Shown here one piece after another: positions 25,808-34,900 of a stretch of DNA of 58,120 bases. The stretch is taken from positions 1 to 58,120 of IMG/VR virus record IMGVR_UViG_3300036978_000157, one strand, 5' to 3'. The notes beneath the pieces are model-generated. The model was not told where the DNA came from, did not search any database, and saw nothing but the letters and a program-made list of their open reading frames with translations. This stretch comes from a virus. Lineage: Duplodnaviria; Caudoviricetes. The translations under genes and the position numbers were made by a program. Numbering within the stretch: the first letter of the stretch is position 1; every line of letters starts with the position of its first letter.

Positions 25808-26775
25808 GCTTCCTTTCCGAATTTCAGCCATTCATTTTCTGCTGGATCGAACCATGACTTGTCGGACAGGTCGATCAAGAGTTGGTGTTCCTGCACTTCC
25901 TCTGGCATATTGCGAAGGACTTCTGAGTTGGAGAAGTTGCCGACATTGAGGAGCAGGAAGCGATGACCCGCTGGCTTGTCGTCTTTACCTTGCTCGCTAC
26001 GCACTCGGTTGCGAACCTCAGTCGAGGATAGCTTCTCGGTCTTCGCGGCCTCAAGAAGTTCCTTCTGTTTATTGGTGCTGTTATCCCCGAAGTTGGCGTT
26101 ACCGATCTCTCGGTAGACAGTGAATGGTAGGGTAGCGTCACGCATCTCTGCTGTGAATACACGGCAAGCACGGGCGTATCCAGAGACTGTGCTGTAGCTC
26201 TTCTTGAAGTTAGCACAGAGTTGGTTCACTACATCCTCATGCCCTGCGTTCTCCAAGGCTACCACCGAATCACCGATGATCCATTGCGCTCCGCTTTCGA
26301 GAGTCAGACCGAAGGCGAATGCTGCCACCCAGTCTTTCATCTCTACCTCGCCGCGAGGAACGCACTGCGTCATGCCTGCACCGATGTCGAACTTCTTGGT
26401 GAACGAGGAGAGTTCAAGCCCGTCCTTCACGCTCTCCACAAGGGCAAGCGATTGGTTCTTGGGTTGCTCGACTGGTTCATCTTCTTCTACCTCTACTACT
26501 GGATTGGCAAGGCGTTCTTCTGCCATCTCCTCGGCCATGTCGAGGTCGGCACTCATCTTCTCAAACATCTCCAGCATTTCATCTGGTGCATCGTCTTCAA
26601 GATATTCGTTCTTCGTTACTTTTGACCATGCCTTCTTGATATGGGTTTCGGTGATGTTGATACCCGGCCATTCGGTCTTAACGAACTCGCCCATTTGGCG
26701 AAGGTATGTGGACAGAGGGACAATGATTCCCTCTTGAGTTGGGCTGAACAATTCTAATTCTGGTTTCTTTTTCAT
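25804..26775 (-). CDS. LmbU-like HTH DNA-binding protein
   Basis: QWIIGD...YSTVSGYARACRVF...LPFTVYREI...LLEAAKTEKLSSTEVR matches the LmbU/NovE/CloE pattern as I recall it. Confidence 0.6.
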   Translation of the reverse strand: MKKKPELELFSPTQEGIIVPLSTYLRQMGEFVKTEWPGINITETHIKKAWSKVTKNEYLEDDAPDEMLEMFEKMSADLDMAEEMAEERLANPVVEVEEDEPVEQPKNQSLALVESVKDGLELSSFTKKFDIGAGMTQCVPRGEVEMKDWVAAFAFGLTLESGAQWIIGDSVVALENAGHEDVVNQLCANFKKSYSTVSGYARACRVFTAEMRDATLPFTVYREIGNANFGDNSTNKQKELLEAAKTEKLSSTEVRNRVRSEQGKDDKPAGHRFLLLNVGNFSNSEVLRNMPEEVQEHQLLIDLSDKSWFDPAENEWLKFGKEA

Positions 26776-26820
26776 TTTGTTGTTGGTGTTATTAGGTTGG
26801 GTGTTCTGGGGAGAACAGAA

Positions 26821-27636
26821 TCAATATGGAATCTCGTCTGCTTCCTCTTCAATAGGAGCATCGAGGTTGAAGTCTATTGCTGCTTGCTCTACGCACTTAG
26901 CGAATGGAGTTGTGAACCCCTTCTCCAAGTAGAATTGGTAGAGTTTGGTTAGGTCTTTCTTGCCAATCTCGGCGAGCTTCTCACCCTTGTGTGATCCACT
27001 TGGGACGATAGCAGATGCCCAATCTTTAGGATCGAGTTCTGCTGGTTCCTCCGCTTTAGGTTGAGACTTTGGTTCTGACTTACCAATGGAGATACCTTTG
27101 CGGTTAGCTTCGATGAAGACCGACGAGACATACGCCCGAAGAGTCTCTTCATCTGTGACTTTGCCGAGATAGGCCATGCGAACCAAGGAGTCGATGTAAA
27201 GGTGGGTCTCTACGATCTTATCCAACTCCTGCTCTGGATTATCGGAAACGATACTCTTGGGTGTTGATGCTACACGGGGCGGCTCCTCGTTTTGATTTTG
27301 GAACTCCACTTTACCCGTGGCAGTTACCTTGATGATGTCACGATCCACTTTCCCGTTCTTACCATCGTAGGTTTCATGCTCAAGTGATACACCCGTTAGT
27401 CCATGCTTACCTCGGACTGAAGAAAGCGTAACTACATTTCCTTTCAATGATTGCTCTTGATTATTGTTGAAGAACTTGAGTCCGTAGGTTTGCCCGTCGA
27501 TCTCAATGTCTCCACCTTGGATCACGAACTCACCTTTCGGGCCGTTGAATGTCTTCGGTTCCCACAATTTAGTGACCTTGCCAGTCACTCGCTTGATGAT
27601 GTCTTTCTGTTCGATTCCTTCTAATTGGTTACTCAT
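26821..27636 (-). CDS. Putative ssDNA-binding protein (OB fold)
   Basis: VTGKVTKLWEPKTF N-terminus, acidic-aromatic tail EEEADEIPY. Confidence 0.65.
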   Translation of the reverse strand: MSNQLEGIEQKDIIKRVTGKVTKLWEPKTFNGPKGEFVIQGGDIEIDGQTYGLKFFNNNQEQSLKGNVVTLSSVRGKHGLTGVSLEHETYDGKNGKVDRDIIKVTATGKVEFQNQNEEPPRVASTPKSIVSDNPEQELDKIVETHLYIDSLVRMAYLGKVTDEETLRAYVSSVFIEANRKGISIGKSEPKSQPKAEEPAELDPKDWASAIVPSGSHKGEKLAEIGKKDLTKLYQFYLEKGFTTPFAKCVEQAAIDFNLDAPIEEEADEIPY

Positions 27637-28498
27637 TTGATTTGTATGTTGCTTTGTAGTAGTGGCAGAAGGGTGCTACGGAGCAGTAACGCTCGCATCG
27701 CATATCTCCGCCGCTTCGTTTTTCGATTGAGTGTTTCGCGCCATAGGTAGGAAGGAGTTGTTGTGCTTCCTCAAATGTCTCGCACACTTTAGCTGCTCGT
27801 TTGTTCCCGTCCTTCTTGATGGCAAAGGTATCTGGTTTAGCCCAGCGTTCCTTTGGATCACAGCACGGAATGGTATCGTCTGGCATGGTAGCCGCTGCTT
27901 GGTGAAGTTTAACTCTCTCCGTAGCGTAGCGGACTACCTCTTCGTTATCCCACAATGGTATGTCTACGATGTGGACTGCACACTGGGGATACTCTTTGTC
28001 AAACTCGGCCTTGCTCGCCTGCCAGTCCCGAAGGATGGCGACGATCTGACCTTTCTTGACTTCGTATCCATACTCCCTCCAGAGCATGGCGTTCAGATTG
28101 ATCTGCGCTTCCCACTCTGTCTTTCCTCCGAGAAGGAAGGAGAATACCGATGTGACTTTGAAGTCGGAGATTACTTGGTTGCCTGTCTCATACAAGTCAG
28201 TTTGACCCGTGAGTGTCCAACCATTGATCTCTTTGTAGAGACGCTTCTCAGTCATCTCTTCTTCACCGCCTGCCAATTCAAGAACCTTGTGAACCGATTG
28301 ACCGAGCAATGCCCACACCCTGTCGGATGCGTCTTCTACGATCTGGTCGGAATACCTTTTCTTGAGTTGGTTGATCTTCGGTGGCCCGATAAGGGTAGTC
28401 ACCGAGATGTCTGCCTTCTTAGTTCCTGCCATATACCCGTCATGGGATAGTGCGCGGAACATAGGCGCAGGAAGATCAAAGTTATTTGTGATCTTCAT
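27629..28498 (-). CDS. PD-(D/E)XK (Cas4/RecB-like) exonuclease
   Basis: GQSVH, GQTD, ISDFK, QINL, C-terminal CERYC...FC. Confidence 0.8.
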   Translation of the reverse strand: MKITNNFDLPAPMFRALSHDGYMAGTKKADISVTTLIGPPKINQLKKRYSDQIVEDASDRVWALLGQSVHKVLELAGGEEEMTEKRLYKEINGWTLTGQTDLYETGNQVISDFKVTSVFSFLLGGKTEWEAQINLNAMLWREYGYEVKKGQIVAILRDWQASKAEFDKEYPQCAVHIVDIPLWDNEEVVRYATERVKLHQAAATMPDDTIPCCDPKERWAKPDTFAIKKDGNKRAAKVCETFEEAQQLLPTYGAKHSIEKRSGGDMRCERYCSVAPFCHYYKATYKSNE

Positions 28499-28749
28499 TA
28501 TTCGGTAACTGCTGGGAGTTTGCCTTCAAAGCAGACCGCGAGGATTTCCGACACGCCCTTGAGGTGGTCGCCAGTTTTGATGACTGCTGATGCACTTGCC
28601 AGATTGCCGAGATCGAACTTGCCATCCGCTGCTGTTGCAGAAACGAGGCGAAGGTAGATTTCTTTTTGAAGCTCACTTGGAGCAGTTGTTTTTGTAGGTG
28701 TAGGTTTGTCTTTCATTAGTTTTTTGTGGACGGAGGTTGTGCCGTTCAC
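28498..28749 (-). CDS. Hypothetical protein
   Basis: First gene after the minus-strand promoter; start GTG 28749 or ATG 28716. Confidence 0.6.
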   Translation of the reverse strand: MNGTTSVHKKLMKDKPTPTKTTAPSELQKEIYLRLVSATAADGKFDLGNLASASAVIKTGDHLKGVSEILAVCFEGKLPAVTE

Positions 28750-28756
28750 AAGATAG

Positions 28757-28784
28757 ATACTACAGAAGTTCCGATAATCGTCAA
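28757..28784 (-). promoter_or_regulatory. Sigma70-like promoter of the recombination operon
   Basis: TTGACG, 16 bp, TAGTAT; half-site TTATCGGAAC in the spacer, full palindrome at 28815-28830. Confidence 0.55.
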
Positions 28785-28832
28785 TAGATTTTTATTATTT
28801 TTATGAAAATAATTTTATCGGTAACGATAATA

Positions 28833-28865
28833 GAAAACGCACCCCAGATTTCTCCGAGGTGCGTC
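28833..28865 (-). terminator. Terminator of the virion operon
   Basis: ACGCACCTCGGA-GAAA-TCTGGGGTGCGT-TTTC on the minus strand. Confidence 0.75.
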
Positions 28866-28919
28866 CCCTAATGAATAACACGAAACAGCAACAAGCTGCG
28901 GAGGTAGATTACATCAGCC

Positions 28920-31900
28920 TCACTCAATGTCAAGAGGGATTTCCAACCTATCTTGCAGGTCTTCTTTCACCTCTCTACGGATGATACGAATCTCTGTGCT
29001 GAGTAGGTCTTGAGCTTCATCAAGTGGTAGCTCATCCAAGTCATCTGATATCTCAACAATCTTATCCCGCATCATTGGCCCTGCTTCTCGGACGAACTGC
29101 AACTCCTGCTCCTTGGTCATCCTTTTCCCATTGTCCCATGAAAGGCTTGAATCCCATGCTGGAGGTGTAAGGTTGTTCCTATACATAATCTCCCATGCAG
29201 GGTCTGGCTTCTCAGTAGAAACGATACGGCCAAACACGCTTGCCAAACGCTTTCCAAATCCTTCCTCTTGTATAGCAGATGGGAACTTGGCATCTTCACC
29301 AAAGTAGTTCACATCCTTGTTCAAGAAGTTAACTGAGCCGGGCATATCCTTGAAGAAGTTTGAAAGGTAATCTCCACCTACTGCTTTGTCTTCGGTGTAA
29401 AGTTTGTTGATGTCGCGGAATGCGCCCGGAACTAACATACGGGATATGATTCCTCCGACAAACTGAGTTCCCTTCTCAACTGGATTCTGAGATTCTTTGA
29501 ACTCCAGCAAGTCGGCAAGACCAGTAAGGAATGATTGGTTCAGAACGGCAACGAATCCAATGGAGAATGGTGCTGTGATTGCGGAAGCCGCAAGTTTACC
29601 GATGTCTTCTGCTTGAAGTTTCTCACCCTTCTTCCTCATTGATTTTATTTCCTCTTGCAACATAGCTCCACTTGCCAACGGAATAACAAGGGGAGTGTAG
29701 AGGTATGAGAAGTATGTATCCCCAACTCTGACCGAATACTTCTGACCTCCACGCTGCTGCCAGATTTTCTTTTGGCGCGGGTCTTTCGGCCCTTCGGCAT
29801 AGAACTGTATGTATGGACGCTTCTCTTGATCCTCTTCATCTCCACCAGTGAGTGCTTGGATAATGAATGGAACCATCGCAAGTATACCGAGTATACCCTT
29901 CATTTGTATTTCATATTCCTTATCTGCTCGACCTTGCGTGAATGGGTCTTTCATCCCGCTCTTCTTCGCTCTAATTAATCTGTATTGAGAAAAGATTGGA
30001 GTGTAGTTCAGAAACTCATTGGTCACATTCGCCACAACATTCGTGAATGGGATTACGAACTTAGTTGCTGGATACTTTGCAAGAAGTCCGTTTACGAAGT
30101 TGGCAAGCATTCCGAATAACCCTTGTGGGTCTTGGTTGAACGCCGTCTCAAGTGATGCTTGTTCAGCTATAGCTCTCTGCTCTTCATCAGCCAACCTTTG
30201 CTCACGATAGATTTCGTTTGCTCGGATTATAATCTCTTGGTCTTTCTGTTTACCTGTAGCTTGGGATGATGCAAGTTCCAGTTCGGCTTGCCTCTTCGCC
30301 ATGTCAAACCCTTCTCTGGTATATGCTGCCGCGCCAAGCTGTGCTGCCTTAGCCTCGTATGCTACCTCTCGCAAGAACATATCAGTTGCTCGGAGTAGTC
30401 GCATCAACTGCCTTGGGTTCACATTCTTCAATGCTGTATTCATCCAATCGGGGAGGAAGTTAATCTTCCCGTCACCGAAGTTCGTAAGGTAGTAAACAAT
30501 CTTGGGAGTGTTATCTGGAGTAGCCCCCTCAAGAACATTGGTCTTGGGATACTTTGCCCTCTTCTCGTCCTGCATACCAGATGGGTTTAACCCATTACGC
30601 ATGACATAGAGGAATGAATTCACCGCCGCTGATTGCTTGCCAGATACAGCAGAATACAAAGCCCTCATCATTGGGAAGAATGATTTAGGATTATACATTG
30701 ACCATACTGCCACATTGGAAATGAGATTGCTTGCACCAGACAAGGCGTTAATAGCCGAGGTGGATGCCTGTGAGATGAGTGCAAAATACCAGTAGCTTGA
30801 TAGAACATCTCCAGTAGTGAACTTGGATTTGTTCATCAACGCCCGACCCATCTTCTCTTCCTCGATGCTACGGATCACACCCGCTGGTAGCTTGGATATC
30901 CTGTCTCCCCACTCGCGGAGTGTATTTGTGAACTCAGCATCGTATGGCATGAAACCTTTAGGGAAGTCATGTGTTTTACGGAATGCCTCGTATACTCCTT
31001 CAGCATCCAACACACCCATGTTTGCCATCTCAACCAACTTCTGGAGGATGGTGCGCTGGTTGGAGGTTGGTTTGATCTTGTTATCTGCTAATATCTTTTG
31101 AGCTTTCTTGATGGCACTATCAACAATTTGACTTCTTTCAGCCAAAATTATTTTGGTCATTTGCTTGGATAGTATATCGGCTAACTCTGTAGCCTGCTCT
31201 TTATCCATTCCAACCTCAGTGATGATCCTGCTGATCAGTCCATCCTTGAAGTTACCTTCGTCGCTCGTTGAGAGTCTTGTAATATCTTTGAGGTTCTTGA
31301 TTGCTTTGAATTGTGCTTCAGCTTCCTCTTGGATTTTCTGTGAGAGAAGTGGTTTAGGTATGACCTTGCCTGTCTTCTCATCGATACGGAATCCAAGTTT
31401 GTCTTTTAGAACTTTGTTCGTTTCTTCGTTCAGATACTTGTCTGTGTCTTGGATGAACTTCTCGATCAGTTCGTTTGATGCGCCAGTTCCTTGAAGCTCA
31501 GTGCGGATGTGCTGCTTGACTGCTTCTTGGTTTACATTCCTCTGTGATCCAAGGTAGGTGAATAGATCAGCAAACTTGTAGTTCAAGAACTCTGCTGAGT
31601 CTTTGATTGCTTGTTCTCTTAGGCTATCTGCCCATTGATTTGAGCGGAGTGCCTTAAAGAGTTCTGCGTAGTCGGCGTTGAAGGCATCCCGACTCTGATA
31701 CTTCTCTGCCATTCGGTTTGCCAAATCGTTCACGAAGGATTTGTAAGCATTATCGTTTCCGATAACTGCCTTCACCATCTCCAAATATTTACCACTACGC
31801 TTACCTTTCTTCTGCTTTTCAATGCCAGCCTGCTGGATACCCAACTGCTTCGCGGCAGTAGCAAAGGATTGATACATGAACTTGCTGACATTATCGATGG

Positions 31901-34900
31901 AGAATTCCTTCTTGTTCATCCCAATCGACAGGATGCTTTGCACAGCTTGGTCTACTACCATGTTGGCATACTTATCTTCTTTTGTATCGAAGAGTCCTGC
32001 TGCGAAGTCCAAGAGAATTGTGCGAGTAGATTGATTCTGCTTCTTGGAAACCTCGGCGCGGATAGATTGACGCACCTTCTCTGGATTCTTCTGTGCCATC
32101 TTCAACATGGACACTGCTTTTCTAAATACTTCTTTAGTATTGAAAACCTTATCCATCGACTTGCGCCGATCACCTCGGATAACATTAGCCACCTCATTGA
32201 ATGAGGTTTTAGTTGCTGTTGATAGATTACCCATCGAAGCAATGATGTTTCTCTTGTAGGTATCAATAGCCATTCCTGCACCGACAAGTTTACGAAGTGC
32301 AGCGGCGGCTTGAACCATTCGCCCACTGTCACGCAAAGTTAGTGCTATATTGCGAGCTAATCCTGCTTCCACATCGATAGATTCCAAAGCAAATGATTCA
32401 CGGGCAGTTGCCTTCATGTTGGAGTCCATCACTTCTTTTCTGTATACAGAAGAGAGTTCATACATCATCTCCATCAATACCAACCTCTCGTATGGAGAAA
32501 TGTTATATGCCCTTTGTGCGGTAGCCTCATCCATGCTCGACAAGTTCTGAGCAACACTAAAGAAGTCAGCATCTGGATTGTTTCTGAAAATCTTATCCAA
32601 GGCATTGTTTGCTGCCGTGAACGAGTTCGATGTAAATAGATTTGCTGCCAGCGAGAATGGAGACAGGAGTGCTTTATTCCACTTCCTATCCTTCTGAGCA
32701 GCGCGGGACTGATACTCTTTATATGCCTTGTTATCCTTTGGCTTGAGCATTTCAACTTGAGCTTCCAAGTCAGAGATCATCCTTGTTGTGATCTTCTGCA
32801 TGATGCTCTGCCCCCTCTTTGACATTGGTTCACCTTCTGGCGTTACACCTGCCTTCGCTTCGATTGCTGGAGTTATCGTTTCCGATACTGCCCCTGCTTC
32901 AACTTGTCCACCAGCTTCTGTGAGTGCGACATCTTGGTCAGTAGGGAAAACTTCCCTGCGTTTTGAGTCTTTGATCCGTTTGTATTCTGGATTGTTTTCA
33001 TAGGATGTTATGTCTTGATCTATCAATAGATAGGGTTCTGCTAAAGATTGTTTCTGTTCATCAGATATTGGTAGCCCATCAATGATCCTCAATGCCGTAT
33101 CGATTTGGCGATTTGCCAATTCAATTTGCCTTGGAGTAATCTGAGAATAAAACTCTGGAGTTTGAGAAACTTTCTGTTTCCTCTTCCCGTCTTTGACTAT
33201 CTTTGACTCACCAGTATTGAGAACTTCAGCGATATAATTAAGGACTTGGGATTTCTCAATCTCAACTAATGACTGTGGAACTTGGAAGTCATCTTGTTCT
33301 GCGTTGACTTCTTCTTCTGAAATTTGTGGATCAGATTCAATTATTGCTGAAACTTCTGTGGCAGTTGGTTCTGCTGCAATCTTTTTGGTTTGGCCTTTGC
33401 GAACCCATTCGATACCACTGATCTCAGATATGTCTTGGTTTGGATTTACAGGAACTTCATACTTATTATTTGTTCCAAACTCACGGAAAATAACAGTTCC
33501 ATCTTCAAGCGAGATTGCTCCACGCATCCCCTCAAAGATAAAAGTATCCTTGTCTTTAATCGCATCCGATATTGTTCTTTGCGGCAATGGTGGTTGAACT
33601 GCTAAAGATTCTTTAACAGTTGGTTCTGCTTTAGAGTAATCTTTAAACTCGTAGTTAGCCTCGCCCTTTACGATACCATACCCATCAAGGATGTTGTTGA
33701 TGGTATCTTCCATCCGCTTAACTTCCTTAGTCGAGGTTCCTTTGCCAAGATAGCGAGCGATACTGTTACGAACAAACTGAAGTGCGTTGAGGATAGAGTT
33801 CTTCCATGCTATGATATTACCCTTGTCTTGGTCTGAGAATGCTTCCTGCTCTGCTTTCCTAATGGCATTCAAGTCCTCGGTGATCTGCCCCGTCCTTACA
33901 CGTTGGATGACCATTCGCATGAACTCTTGTGAGAATGTCATGTCATCGAGGAGTTTTGTTTTATCGTTTAAGTATGCGTTGGAAACACCCGGCAGTGCGT
34001 TTGGATTCGTTTGCCTAACCTCTTTTGCTACGTCAGAGATTCGCTTTACTATGTATTGTTCCTCTGAAAGTTTTGGTTTCTTGAGAGCCTTGTATTCGTC
34101 TTGGATGCCTTGATACATGGAGAGGTGGATAACTTCCTCTTCTATTTTCTTTGCTGCCGCCCGTGACTCTTGATCCAATGCAGCATCCCTACTCGCTGCT
34201 CGTTGCTCACCTTGGATTGATATTCCTGCCAATTGATTTACATCTGGAACTACTAAATACTTTTTACCATTGAAGAATGTCGCTCGGTATGTGCCAGTAT
34301 CGGCAGCTACTTGCTTGCCTCCAGTTAGCTTGCCGTATTCTTCGCTTGAGATGACCTCTGTGTTCGTTCCAGCTAAGAACCCTGCATTGGCAGCAATCCC
34401 CGTTCTGATTGCATTCTTGAGCTTCTGGGCGCGTTTGCTGGTGGTCTTGATGCCACCGAGAACTTTGTCTGTAGCCTTAACGAATGCTTGAAGGACTGGT
34501 CGGTCTGGGAAGAAGGTTCCGAATTCTGATCTCCGTCCAGATGGTGGTAGCCCCATCTCGCGGGTTGGAGTTGTTCCCTGTGGTTCTACTCCCTGCTCAA
34601 TAGCGGTAAGTTCAGCGAGTTTGTTTTGCTCAACTGCGATAGCTTTATTCACCCTATCGATACCTACTTGATCGTTCTCATCCAAAGCGTCGAACTCTTT
34701 GTTCAGTTCATTGATCTTTGCTATCGTTGTTTCTTTCGTAGCGGTGGGTGTTGCAGGTGCTGCGGCAGGTGCTTCTGTTTTAGCTTCTGCTGGGCCTGCG
34801 GAGAGCTTATCAAATTGGGCCTGTAATGCTGCGAGGTTGGCCTTCTTCTCGTTCAATGCCAGTTCAGCGGTTTGGTATGCTGGCGCGGTCTTCTCAATCG

